The notes: generated by a model not told the origin, from the sequence alone. Counted from the stretch's first letter, positions 28,375 to 42,696 are shown. The stretch: 64,000 bases of DNA from Octopus vulgaris (GCA_951406725.2 OX597815.1:75702001-75766000), one strand, 5' to 3'. A program made the numbers and translations.

Positions 28375-31300
28375 ATATACATACATATATGTTGGTGTGT
28401 TTGCGTCTCCGTGACTTAGAGATCCAACAAAAGTGATAGATAGAATAAGTACCAAGCTTTTAAAAAATAAGTACTAGGGTCGATTCGTTCGACTAAAATT
28501 CTCGGGGGAAGTACCCCAGATGGCCTCAGTCTAATAACTGAAATAGGTAAAAGATAAAAGATATTTAAACACACACACACGCACACATTGCACCAGCTCC
28601 ATTATAATGATGGTTGCATTGTGGAAACGAAATTTAATGTTCGGCTCGAAGAGAGAACGAGACCTGTAACAGAATTTCTGACTCCTTCACATTGCATTCT
28701 GACTCCTTCACATTTTACTTTATGAGGAGGTTTTAGATTATTAAGTATGATACCTACAACAGACATTCTTTATTTATGTTTATTAATCCTTTACCTGTCT
28801 TGTGTATCACATGTATTACAGAGGATATGTTTCCCTGACATCCATGCATCATGTATGATACACATACCCATTTTTTTTCCATTACTAGACTAACTTAGGG
28901 CTTATGAAATGAAAGCTTTATATTACTCAGAACATATGAAACGAGGGCTAGCTAAAAGTCTGAAAAAAAAGCTTAAATATTTTGGAGAAACCTATGAAAA
29001 TGCTATGGACAGGTCACTTTCCTTAAAACAGCTCTGTTTGCTCTGCTGTAGGAAAAGGACACTGGCCAAATTTTAGAATTACCAACTTTTGTTGTTTTCT
29101 TTTTAAATTAGCTGTAAAGCAATTCAAATTTAGTTATAGTTTTTAGCATTACTAAAAACATTGTTGACGAAAGTGTTCATCTCGTCCGATTTTTATTAAT
29201 AAAATAATGCGAGAATTTATTGCACTGGAACACTGATCTTTGATGAAAATTTTGGCTAGAATGATTAAGATGTTTCTGAGATTCCTCACAGAGAATTTAA
29301 ATAAATATTGATTTCGTTTTGCAACATAACATTGGAATGTCAAAGGTGGGTGTGAATGAAACTGTATAAGATACATGAAAGAAAACCAACGTGAAAATAA
29401 CTAAGAATGAAACCAGTGCGGGATTAACAAGCATGGAACATACTAGTTCGTTAATGGTATTCATTCATACCGATATATACTAACCATTTTTCGGAAATTC
29501 TTGTGATCGATACCGTAAACGCTCGAGAGTCTGTTCGAAAATTGGCATTGTACTTGACTGGTAGCAAAAGAACACAATCAACAATCAATACCGTAATTAA
29601 AATCGAATGATCTCAACAAGTTAATCAGATTAAAGACTCATGTAACCAAGAGCTAACCTTTTACATTAGGTCAATCATTCCTATTAAGAAATTATTCCTT
29701 TTACAATAACTTAAAGAAACTTTTCAATGAAAATATCATATTTGATCAATTTTAAAGAATAATTGCAAATTATATTATTTTTCTGGGATTTTTTGCGTTA
29801 AAATTTTTTTCGCTCCAGTTCTTTTTTTTTTTTTTTTTTGCAGTTATTGAAAACCTATTTAACATTCCAAATCAGGCACATTTGATTGTTGCTGGAATTT
29901 TTTTTCTTTGTTTAGTTTTTTTTTTGGCTTTTTATTTTTCGCAAAATGTTCGAATAAAAACAAATATATTCTTCCTATTATGTTGTTGGTGTTGTTTTTC
30001 TACATATTTTTTTCTAGTTACAGCGACATCTTTTATTTTCTGTTTGATATGGTAATATATTATTTGTCGAAGCACTGAAAAATAAAACGTAAGCTGAGAA
30101 TCAAGAATGTGAACCGGTTTCGCTTCTTGATTGAAACCATTTCCTTTCAATTCCAAACTAATGCTCTTGGAAAAAGTATGAACGTCTTTGAAAATATAGA
30201 ACCTTTACCCTAATTAAAAGAAACCTAAGCAATGCTAAAAGTTGATTGTGTACCTTATGATAAAAGTAATTTCCTTGGGAACCAAGGACATATCGTATTT
30301 GAAGACATAAAATACGTACGAGCTCATTAATCCAAGGTGTTGATGCCCTTTTCTGGGGCTTTTTTTTTTGTGTGAAAAAGTGCAGCTTATATGCCATCAA
30401 ATACAGTAGCCATTTTACTTCCCTGAAGGAAAAAAGGATATGAAACCAACTCAGAGACTCATCGCATCGAAATTTTAAAGTTAGTTTATAACATTTACCA
30501 TCTCTATAATAAAATACTCGGGTTAAAACCATATTTAGCTGAATTGTTTGAAACAAGGCTTAAACTCGGATCGTGGTCTAGACTTGCCGCGGGTTTCCCA
30601 CCTAATTCTTGGTCACTCACCAACAAATACGATTGCGGCTGTTTTAGATCAAGGCACAAAGCTCTGTATGGTAAAGGGAAATTAGGGAAATGGAACATTA
30701 TGACGTTCATGACTTTCCCAAGGAAGGAGTGAAATATCTTTCTAATAAGATCAGAACCAGTTTCCTTGCTAAGTTAGTTTATAAATATTACACATATTGC
30801 CAATGTAATAAAACAATTTTATAGTTGCCTCTTAGAAAATAATCTGTATAATTATTCTAATTATACCATGCTAATTTTCTTTTTCTTGAGCTCTAGAACT
30901 CAAAAGTTGATTTCCTGGTTTCTATGGCCTATAAGTGACGGAGATCACAACATACCTCACTGAACAGGACCCCAGCCTATTTCAGAAATCAAGGCCAGCA
31001 ATTTTGAAGGGTAGAAGCATCGATCACATTTACCCCAGTACTTGACTGGTACACTATCCTAACGACCACCGAAGAGATGATAAGAAAGGCAAACTTGACC
31101 TCGGTGGGATTTGAACTCAGAACGTAAAGAGCCGGATGTGCTAACGATTCTATCAGCTTACCGTCTTACTATACTAATTATACTATATTAGCTTCAAATT
31201 TTGACACAAGGCCAGCAACTTCGGGTGAAGGAGTAAGTCGGTTACATCGACCCCAGTGTTCAATTTGTACTTATTTTCTCGAATTCTAAAGGATGGAAAG

Positions 31301-32132
31301 CAATGTCGACCTCAGCAGAATTTGAACTCAAAAAAATAATAATAAAGACGGTCAAAATGTTGCTACACATTTTGCCCAGCATTGTAACGATTCTACGATC
31401 TAGTCGCCTTCTGATTATACTATATTAAATATACCATTATACTACTAATTAAAATATAGAAATGACTGCCATTTTACGTAATATACATATTCAAATAATG
31501 CTTTTTTCCGGTCTTGCACATTTTCTTTTACGCTTTTCCTTCATTATTCTACTTCTAGTTTCTTCAACTAAATCCATCATTTTCTTTCATTATTCTTCTG
31601 AAATTTGCCATTGTTCTTCGTTATTCTTCGTTCGTCTTCGTTATTCTTCGCTCTTCTCTATTTTCTTTTTACGTTTTACCGTTGTTATTCAAATATTTCC
31701 ATGATGATTGACTTACAGTATAGAAGAAACTTTACCCAATGCTTCCTCCCCACCCAACGACATCCATCACCAGCCATCACAGCATACATGCATTACACAA
31801 TGCAATCACAAATAACCGGAAGTTACCTCCGATCTCGCTCTCTTACAAACAGTATTTTAACAAGGCGGAAGACTCGCTGGACGTTCAGCGCCATGCGGGT
31901 GATCGATTCACGGCATTACCGTTGTTCCAATGCAATCAGAGGTAACGGATAGGAGGTTCAAATTAATTGCAAACAGATACGGGTGAATGATGCTGGTTCG
32001 GACACGTGGACGTTCCGGTGTGTACATAGTAAAAATGTGTGCGTTTGTAAACATAACTGCATGTATTAAGTATATAATCACACACACATACATTACACGC
32101 ACACAGATACACATGTGTCTGTACACACACGT

Positions 32133-32185
<53 letters not shown>

Positions 32186-33855
32186 AACATATATATATGT
32201 ATGTATGTATATATATGACTATGTGTATGTATATATAAATACATACACACAAACAGACACAGATACATATATGTATGTATTATAGGTATAATTATAGACA
32301 TTGATGTGTGAGGATGCACACGCATGTGTGTGTTTGTGTGTTTTAATTGATCCAACAACGACAACTTAACTCTAATCGTGATCGATGTAAGCAATTTGTA
32401 AAGGGTGTGTCTCATTTTTTGGTGGACAGTTTTTTAATGACTAAAAGTAATAACAATCACGAAAACAAATATACATAAACAAGCTGACGCTCAAATAGAT
32501 ACTGTTGCTTTGGACTCTGTGTTTACCTGCAGTTTCTGTCCAAAGAGAGATAAATTACTTCCATTCATATGACTCTGGTTTATTACAAGCAGTGTTTCTT
32601 GCGAGAGGAATTGAACTCGTAACTATTGCTATGGAAATTGTGTTTACCTTCAGTTTCTGTCCAAGAAGAAATAAAGTTAGCTCATTCATATAACATTGAT
32701 ATATATTTCTTTACTACCCACAAGGGGCTAAAGACAGAGGGGGCAAACAAGGACAGACAAACGGATTAAGTCGATTATATCGACCCCATTGCGTAACTGG
32801 TACTTAATTTATCGACCCTGAAAGGATGAAAGGCAAAGTCGACCTCGGCGGAATTTGAAATCGGAACGTAACGACAGACGAAATACGGCTACGCATTTCG
32901 CCCGGCGTGCTAACATTTCTGCCAGCTCGCCGCCTTATATCTTACGAGTGGAATTGAACGGGTAACTGTAAATCATTGGCAGAGCGTCTGATTGAATTCT
33001 CTCGGTATTTATTCCCATTCTCGCACTGACAGGCTGAGTTCAAACCCCGTTGAGTGCAACTTTCTTTTTCGTCCATTCGGCTCGATAAAAAAAAGGATCA
33101 ATCTGGATGGCATATTGGCAGAACAGTAAAGACGTCAGATCAGATTCCTTGCAGTACTTGTTCCTGCTCTTTGCGTTCTGAGTTCGAATCTATTCGCGGT
33201 GTACATAAGTGGTAAATTTAAACTACCGCCGGGTTTAACGCCACCATCAGGCATTTTTAGATGCCTTTAGCAGTCCTCGCTCTGTTGCATGAATTCGGGC
33301 CAGGTCTTCGGTTTGTGAACACCTTCTCTCCCTCTTTCCCACTGAGAAGAGTCATGCATACGACAAAATAAAACACGAATCATTTATCAATTCCACTGTC
33401 CAGGTTCCGCGCTCATTGCATTAAAATATACATAGATATATTTATCCATCGATGGAGTAGTTTCTCCATGGCGCAAGCCTGGGCGGTAGAAACGAAGACA
33501 TTGGGCTGCCCAGACACCAGAATCTCCCTCTCGGTCCCCCCAGACATAATCCAAAGGAATGCAGTGCAGTACGTTTGGAATCTGGTTGGCTGCAGGAGTT
33601 GTCGGAAAGGGGTCGAGATTCGACACCCTACCGCCTTCGGGGCTCCACTCCGGATTTTCTGTCTGGGTTTATTCCCATAGCCTTTCCCTCTCCCAAGAGC
33701 ATCCGCAAGGCAGATATATTTATACATTAAGATATATTAATGTTTGCATTTATGCTCAGTTATAATAAACACAATTTTACATTAATCTAATCTGATGGGT
33801 TACTCTATACTTTTGTAGAGTACAAATTTATTATGCTTATACAAAAAAGTTCATT

Positions 33856-34234
33856 ATTTGCATTATTTGCATTTGACGGATATTTGTCCTCATCTTGTTT
33901 GTTGTTAACACAACGTTTAGGCTGATATACCCTCCAACCTTCATCAGGTGTCTTGGAGAAATTTCGAACCTAGGTTCTCATTCCTAAGGTATTTTTCGAT
34001 GTTATTATTAATTTTTGTCCTTCTTTCTTCAAAATTTTTTCCGAGAGTTTTTTCGTACACCTAGGGCAGAGAAGCTCATTGTATGCATTCCCAGATTACA
34101 CACGCAAATTCACAGGTAAAATATGTATTTAAAAAATTTTTGAATACATAAATTCATGAATGGATATTGTTTTCACGGCGATAATGCTCTTCTCGTTAAC
34201 CCCAAGATTCCGAGTTCGATTCCAAGCAGTGACC

Positions 34235-34285
<51 letters not shown>

Positions 34286-34410
34286 GCATCGAAAAATACT
34301 TTAGGAATGATGAAGGCTGGAGGGTATATCAGCCGAAACGTTGTATTAAAACAAACAAGATGAGGACATATATGCATCAAATGTAAATAATGTACATAAT
34401 TCCTCGTCCC
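33856..34410. repeat. Inverted repeat pair carrying hammerhead-like motifs (arms ~33856-34010 and ~34280-34410)
   Basis: Left arm, minus strand: GACAC-CTGATGA-AGGTTG(GAGGGTATAT)CAGCC-TAAACGTT-GTGTT. Right arm, plus strand: TGATGA-AGGCTG(GAGGGTATAT)CAGCC-GAAACGTT. The flanking ACAAACAAGATGAGGACA is also inverted. Confidence 0.75.
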
Positions 34411-34554
34411 TTAAATATAGAACTGTACAAGAAAGTTGTGGACAGTGACTTCGAAGTTTCGGCCAGCTAAGCCAACGTTGGACTACAGTCACTTTCAACA
34501 TTCTTCCATAAGAGCAATAAATACGTTAATATATATATATATATATATAAATAC

Positions 34555-35575
34555 ATCTGATGTAGACGCCCCTGATGAGAACCCAATGATGTTCAAAAAT
34601 CGAGTAAGGTTGTTCATTTTTTTCAGTCTGTGCAGAAATGGCTATAATTTTCCCTGTATATAATTATATCGTATGTTACATATACCTTATATCATACCTT
34701 GATACTGTGTGGACTGAGATCTCTGTTGACGGGCCCCTGGTATTTATAGAGTGTTAAACACTTTCGGTGGGAAAATTAGGGACTCCATAGAGTAACTGCT
34801 GCATTTGTTGAGCATATAAACAGTTTGGTTGCCTGTTTCTCTGGAGACTGTCAGAATGATGTAAAGGCTTCTGATGAGAACCCAATAAGGTTCGAAAATC
34901 GATTAAGGTTGTTCATAATTTTTTTTCAGTCTGCGGAGAGATAGCTAAAATTTGCCCTGTTTATAATTATACCATAAAGGAGCACTCCGTTGGTTACGAC
35001 GACGAGGGTCCCAGCTGAAACGATCAATGGAACAGATTGCTCGTGGAATTAACATGCAAATGGTTGAGCAATCCACAGACATGTGTACCCCTAACGTAGT
35101 TCTCAGGGAGATTCAGTGTGACACAGAGTGTGACAAGGTTGGTCCTATGAAATACAGGTACAACATATTTTTGCCTGCTGAGTGGACTGGAGCAACGTAA
35201 AATAAAGTATCTTGCTCAAGGACATAACGAATGCCCTAACCACTAAGCCACGCGCCTTCATAATAATACGATATGTTACATAAATATTATATCCACCTTG
35301 GTACTGTATGGACTAAGATCCCGTTGACAGGCCGCTGTATTTATAGGGTGTTAAACACTTTCAGTGTGCAGATTAGGGAATCCTTAATAGAGTAACTGCT
35401 TTATTTGCTGAGTATATAAACAGTTTGGTTGTCTGTTTCTCTGGAGACTGCCAGAATTATGTAGACGCTTCTGATGAGAACTCAATAAGATTCGATAATC
35501 CATTAAGGTTCTTCCTTTTTTTCTGTCTCTGGAGGAATGGCTAAAATTTGGCCTGCTTATAATTATACCATATGT

Positions 35576-35580
<5 letters not shown>
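34555..35580 (+). mobile_element. Tandem array of ~300-bp units each with a minimal hammerhead (retrozyme-like); unit 2 is interrupted by a SINE
   Basis: CTGATGA cores at 34572, 34871 and 35471 are each followed by a GAAC..TTC stem II and a GAAAATCGATTA-like segment. Unit bodies align (GGACT.AGATC...GTGTTAAACACTTTC...AGAGTAACTGCT...CTGGAGACTG). Confidence 0.75.
34977..35260 (-). mobile_element. tRNA-derived SINE inserted in the hammerhead tandem unit
   Basis: Minus-strand head GAAGGCGCGTGGCTTAGTGGTTAGGGCATTCG and a GTCCTTGAGCAAGA motif. Flanked by a degenerate target-site duplication TAATTATACCATA (34964-34976) / TAATAATACGATA (35261-35273). Confidence 0.75.
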
Positions 35581-35619
<39 letters not shown>

Positions 35620-35627
35620 CATACATA

Positions 35628-36465
35628 CAGATGGGTTGGATAAAATGATGGAAACATCCAGCATCATAATTTTGAAATATCTATGAAACTGTCAAAAGCT
35701 TGTATATTTGTATCTGTTTTTGATTTATTATTAGTGTTGCTTAATATGTTTTGCTAAAATTGCTGTTTCTTTTCAGATATCATGAGAAAAAGGTTATTAA
35801 AATTCATTAAAATGACAGTTCTATTGGACTTTCAAAGACCTCAAATTATTGGTGCTCATATGGCAGGCGCTAGCGTAAAAGAAACAGCCGAAATGTTTGG
35901 AGTATCAAGAAGTACTGTCTCGAAAGTAATGACAGCCTTTGAGAAAGAGGGGAAAAACCACCTCCTCGAAACAAAACTTCGGATGAAGACCAAAACTTTC
36001 AGATAAGGACCGTCGGACTCTTACGCGAATTATTAGAAAGGATCACAAAAGTACAGCTCCCAAAATTACTGCAGAGCTTAATGACCACCTCGAGAACCCA
36101 GTTTTCACAAAAACTATTTGCCAGGAGCTGCACAAAGTCAGATTTCATGGGAGGGCTGCAATCAGAAAAGCACTACTTTCAAAAACAAACTTCACAAAGC
36201 ATTTAGAGTGGAGTAAAAACCTACAGAATTGGTCCCTAGAATAGTGGCAGAATGTTATTTTCTCGGACGAGTCATCCTTTACCTTATTTCCGACCACCGG
36301 CCGAGTATACGTGTGGAGACAGCCAAAAGAAACATTTGATCCAGACTGTCTTCTTCCAATTGTTAAACATGGTGGAGGTTCTGTGATGATCTGGAAATCC
36401 GCCGGCCCAATGGTTTCCCTTCTTGGCAGAATTAATAATCAAGACTATTTAAGTATTCGAGCACA
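35628..36465 (+). pseudogene. Tc1-like DNA transposon, 3'-truncated transposase pseudogene
   Basis: Begins TA|CAG. It has an HTH region DFQRPQIIGAHMAGASVKETAEMFGVSRSTVSKV, VIFSDESSF at ~36255 and VWRQPKE...VKHGGGSVMIW. Frameshifts and stops are present. Confidence 0.85.
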
Positions 36466-36466
36466 C

Positions 36467-36512
<46 letters not shown>

Positions 36513-36870
36513 CATCCTCAGTACTAGATACCTGTCTGCTAGAGATGATAGCCGTTCGCTAGAACTCGCAATATACTCTTACCCTTTACCCTTTTACTTG
36601 TTTCAGTCCTTTGACTGTGGCCATGCTGGAGCACCGCCTGTAGTCGAGCAAATCGACCCCAGGACTTATTCTTTGTAAGCCTAGTACTTATTCTATCAGC
36701 CTCTTTTGCCGAACCGCTAAGTTACATTGACGTAAACACACCAGCATCGGTTGTCAAGCGATGTTGGGGGACAAGCACAGACACACAAACATATACACAC
36801 ATAGATATATATATATACATATGTACGACGGGCTTCTTTCAGACATACAAACATATACGCACACACATGC

Positions 36871-36903
<33 letters not shown>

Positions 36904-37714
36904 TACAACGGGCTTCTTTAAGTTTCCGTCTACCAAATCCACTCACAAGCTTTGGTCGGCCCGAGGCTATAGTAGAAGACACTTGCCCAAGGTGTCACGC
37001 AGTGGGACTGAACCCGGAACCATGTGGTTGGTAAGCAAGCCATTTACCACACAGCCACTCCTACGCCTATAGAAAAGTAAGTGACATTCAGCTCCTGATC
37101 TTGCAACAAGCAAAGTAGCGAGTTCTAAAATCTCTCTGAGAGATGCAAGTAGTAACTTCAATATGGCTGTCCCGTACGGAACGATGTTACTCCTATTTTT
37201 TAACGCTAGGAGAACACATTCTCCAGATGGTTAACGACGCAACTCGAAAGGAATGCAACTGTAATTGTTTATTGTACACGATTCCAAATGTTTCTTAATA
37301 TTCGGTGTGGTGAGTCAAGCGTGGATTTTAACAGAGTGCTCATAAGCAATCTGCCTGGATTTAAAATCCTGATCTTTGCGTGTTTGCGTGTGTTTGTGCG
37401 AGTGCGTGTGTGTGCGTGTGTGTGTGCGCGCGCGCGCGCGCGTCGTACGTGCCTCTGTGTGTGTGTCCATACATACACGTCGCTTTACATATTATTTACG
37501 TGTTGAAAGTCTTTCTCACCGTTACGTTACACTGTTATGTTTGTGATAAGCCTATCCCCTCAAATACAATTGCCCAACGCAAGGTTAACTTTGTTCGCAA
37601 AGCTATGTGAAGAATGTTACAGTAAGCTCCTATTAAATACAATGTAGCTTGCTCTTTCAGACCCTTCTTCGCCCATACACTTATGTACACCTACTATCTC
37701 TCTCTCTCTCTCTG

Positions 37715-37830
<116 letters not shown>

Positions 37831-37948
37831 AGTATCCATCTATCTCTAGCTCTATCTCCCTTCCTCTCTCTCTCTCTTTCGCTCTCGCTCTCTCTCACAC
37901 ACTCTCTAAGTATGTTTGTGTCTTTGTGTACCTATGTATATGCGCGTG

Positions 37949-38035
<87 letters not shown>

Positions 38036-38039
38036 GGAA

Positions 38040-38848
38040 GTGAATTGCTATGCCCGGTCAGAGTGACGAGTCGCCTATACGGCTAACTGCTGAATTTGTT
38101 GATGAGATCCAGGCCAAGATTGACAACGATTCCTCCAAGTCAATCAGGTCCATCACCAGGGACATGGGAATGTCTGAGTTTCTTATCAGGCAGGTAGTGC
38201 ATAAAGACATTTGGTATTCCTCAGACAAAACATCCAGTCAATATAACGGTGTTTGGAGTGATCACTAGTGATGGCAACGTTATACCTCCATTCATCTTCC
38301 CACACGGCCTCAGACTTAACATGGAGGTCTACATCAAGTGCCTGGAGGAGGTAGTGCTGCCCTTGGTCAAGTGGGTGGCTGCTGGAAGACCATATGTCTG
38401 GCAACAGGACTCTGCACCATGCCACACAAGCAGGAGAACCCAGTCATGGCTGTCAGACAATTTCTGCAACCACATCACCCCTAACATCTGGCCACCTAAC
38501 TCTCCAGACTGCAAACCTTTGATTATTATGTGTGCGGTGCAGTTGAGCGAGAGACCAACAAAACTCCTTGTAACACCAAGAATGAACTGAAGGCAAGGAT
38601 TATGGCAGCATTCACCAACCTAAACAAAGAAACCGTCCAGAAGAGTTTCAGGAGGTTCCGAAGTCGTCTGTGGGCAGTGGTTGAAGCTAACGGCGGTTTT
38701 TTTTGTTTTTTGGGGGTTTTTTTCAATAAATACCCTAATATTTCAAGATATTTTTATGTAATTTTGGTAAATATATCTGTTAAAATGCGATGTCAGTGTT
38801 ATTTTCCTTTTCGCGTAATTTAGAGGACAATTTATTCACCGCACCCTG
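38040..38848 (+). pseudogene. Tc1/mariner-superfamily (mariner/maT-like) transposase remnant with right end
   Basis: Motifs FGVITSDG..PPFIF, WQQDSAPCH and WPPNSPDCKPLD. Ends ...CACCGCACCCTG|TA. Confidence 0.8.
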
Positions 38849-39227
38849 TATACATACATACATACATACATACATACATACATACATACATACATACATG
38901 CATGCATGTACGTGTATACATATATATCTTTTATTTTTTACTTGTTTCTGTTATTTAGAGAGCATCGTGCTAAATCATTTTTAGTCGCATGAATGGACCA
39001 CAGTACTTACTTTGTTTTTAAGACTAGTACTTATTTTATCGAAGACACAACGCGTCCGTTCCATGAATTGAAATCATAACTTTAATATTGTCAACTGAGC
39101 AACTTAACCACTTGTCGACGCACCTTGAATGTGTGTTTGATTACGCACACGCTCACACCTATACACACTTATACATACACACGTATAAATACACATATGT
39201 GAGTGGATGTTTATATAGATATATAAA

Positions 39228-39281
<54 letters not shown>

Positions 39282-39480
39282 TTTATAAGGAACTGCGGAA
39301 AAACAGGAGGGACTCGAGTGTTTAGAGATGCGAGCTAAAGCACTTATCAACTTTTAAGTGCTTTGGCGCAACTCTCTGTCTACTTGAATTCTTCCTGTAG
39401 CTCATCAGATTATAAAATTGCGTGTTTGGTTATATGGTAAAGGAACTTGGATTTCGCAGAGGGTGATTGAAAGAAGTCCA

Positions 39481-39643
<163 letters not shown>

Positions 39644-39882
39644 TCTGTGTCTGTATTTGTCCACCACCACCGCTTAACAGCCGGTTTGGGTTTTTTTTTT
39701 TTTTTACGTTCCCGTCAATTATCGGCTCGGCAAAAAGAGACCGATTGAATAGTACCAAGACTTGAAAGAAAAAGTACAGGGGTCGATTTGTTCGACTATA
39801 TCCTTCAAGGTAGTACCCCCAGCATGATTGCAGTACAATGACTGAAACAAGTAAATGATAAAATATATTATTTTTAAACAAG

Positions 39883-40975
39883 AATGTTGACAGTGATTTC
39901 GAAGTTTCGGCCAGCTAATCTATCGTCGAACTCCGAGGCATTAGAGTCAGTCTTGCTTTTATATAGTCCCTATTAAGTTGAAATCATCTTTGAGTGGGTG
40001 GGTTTGAGTGGGATGGTAATTAAGTTCTTATGGTCGGTTGTTTTGGAAAGGTGTTTTGGAAATTTTTTAATTCATTAAATTTGGGGTTTATGTTATTGTT
40101 TAGAATTTATTAATATAAGTAGAACTTTATAAGGTGTTTCTCTTTTGTTAGGTAGACACAAAGCGTGATAGTTTTTACATTGCTTTTGGTATTATTGGAT
40201 TTAATCTTTTTGTTTTGACAATGTAAAGGTCAAAGGTTCAAAGTCCAGTACTTAAACCCTTAGTAATTGGGTGTGTTGCCTCTTTTTTTCTTCTTTTTTT
40301 TTTCAAAAGAATGTAAGTACAACAATACCTCGATATACGAGTTAATTTGTTCTCGGAGGCCGCTAGTAAAGCGAAAACTCGTAAAGCAGAACAATAATTT
40401 CCCATATTTTATGCTGTCATTTACTCCTTCGCTATATGCAGCTGTGTAGACGCGTTAGAACCAGTGTTGCCATATGTTACGACGTTGCCACACACACAAA
40501 AAGGCTGTTTAATCTTTTTATATTTATTATAAAATAAAACCTGTAAACCCGGGGTCTCGTAAAGCGGGTCTTCGTAATGTGAGGTATTACTGTAGTAAGT
40601 TTAGATTGGTCATTTCTTTACTTATAAAAGAAATACTGTCACGCTTTGTGCTTACAAAAGAGAAACACCACAGGCTTGTTTACAAACTTCTACATACATT
40701 AATAAATTCTAAACAATCATTTAAAATAATAAATCTCTGAACGAGATGTAAACAGTAACTGCACGACGGCTAGTATACCTCGCATAATCATTTAAAAGTT
40801 TTCCAAAAACACCTTTCTATAAAAACCAACCATAAGAACGTAATAAACTCCTCACCCAAATCCACCCACCCAAAGATGATTTTAACTCAGTAGAGACTAT
40901 ATAAAGGCAAGACTAACTCTAATGCATTCAGTATAATGATGGCTTTGCTGACCGAAACTTCTGTCACTGTTAACA
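39883..40975. repeat. Long diverged inverted repeat (arms ~39883-40175 and ~40634-40975)
   Basis: GCATTAGAGTCAGTCTTGC..TTATATAGTC...AAATCATCTTTG..TGGGTGG...CACAAAGCGTGA recurs reverse-complemented. A related end motif occurs at ~34437-34490. Confidence 0.75.
40320..40592. mobile_element. pogo/Tigger-like MITE
   Basis: TA|CAACAATACCTCG ... GAGGTATTACTG|TA, with internal CTCGTAAAGC subterminal repeats. Confidence 0.7.
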
Positions 40976-42696
40976 ACATATGTATATATGTATGTATATA
41001 CAGAAACGTTGGCATGCCGGGCGAAATGCTTAGCAGTATTTCGTCTGCCGCTACGTTCTGAGTTCAAATTCCGCCGAGGTCGACTTTGCCTTTCATCCTT
41101 TCAGAGTCGATTAAATAAGTACCAGTTACGCACTGAGGTCTATATAATCGACTTAATCCGTTTGTCTGGCCTTGTTTGTCTGGCCTTGTTTGTCCCCTCT
41201 GTGTGTAGCCCCTTGTGGGTAGTAAAGAAATAGGTATTTCATTTGCCGCTACGTTCTGAGTTCAAATTCCGCCGAGGTCGACTTTGCCTTTCATCCTTTC
41301 GGGGTCGATTAAACAAGTACCAATTGTGTACTGAGGTCGGTCTAATCGACTGGCCCCCTCCCCAAAAATTTCGGGCCTTGTGCCTAGAGTAGAAAAGAAG
41401 AAGAAGAAATTTACACTCTACAAAAGTATAGAATAACCGATCCGATTAATGTAAATTTGTTTTTATTATAACTGAACATAAAAACAAACGTTAATATAAA
41501 AGATAAAATACCTATTTTTGAGATATGAACCCAAAGGAAGTGCGAGATGGAACTGCACGTATGAAAATAAGCGGATTTTGAATGTTTGGGACTTCAGTCT
41601 TCTGTACAGGTAGCAGAAGTACTCGTATTTGTAAGTGGCACTTGAGTGTTATAAAAGGGTCAATGACCGATCAGAACCCTGGGTTCTGTCCTGGAAGAGT
41701 AAACCAATATTTGGAACGCAGTCTGCGGCAATGTTTTAAATTTGAGATCAACATGAGGAATCATCAGAGATTATAAAATCTATCATATGTAGCACCGGTG
41801 CGTGTGTGTGTGTGTGTGCGCGCACACACACACATTTGTATGTGAGCATATGGATATGAAAATACACAGATCGACGTACAGACGGATAGCTACATAGGTT
41901 ATATGAAAAGACAAGCACACATACGCAAATGGAGACTGAAACACATGACCATATATACACACACACACTTTACTTCACATAGGGACACATATGGAGACAC
42001 ACGTCCACACATATGGAGATGCACCTCCATACATACAAACATGGTACATAGTTGCAAAACACACACACACAGACATGCACACACAAGGAGACAGAGGTGC
42101 ATACATATACAAACACACGCTCACACACACACATACATAAACATACACAAACATGGACATGCAAGCAGATGAATATGAAGAATACATACAAATGCACATA
42201 CATACATACAGATATACATATGCATACACACAAATGTATACATACACACACATGCATAACATACATACATACATACATACATACATACATACATACATAC
42301 ATACATACATGCATACATGCATGCATGCATGCATTGGCACACACACACACTGACCCACACACATGCGCACAAACAAAAAGGAACGCAGTGTAAATAACGG
42401 ACAGTCAAGATTATTGAAAAGGTTGCAAGACTCAACGAACATTTTAGGAAAATAAAAATTAGAAATAAGCGGAAATTTTACTGGTGAGTGTGTTACATTA
42501 TAAGGCACAAAAAGAATTACTCTCCCCAGACTCAACAAAATATGCTTCAACACACGAATTCACATATAGAATCTTGCAAACCAAATCCAAAAACGAAATA
42601 TATATACATATGTGTGAATATATATATATGTATATATGTATTTATATATATATATATGTATGTATGTGTGTGTATATGTAAGTATATATGTACGTA

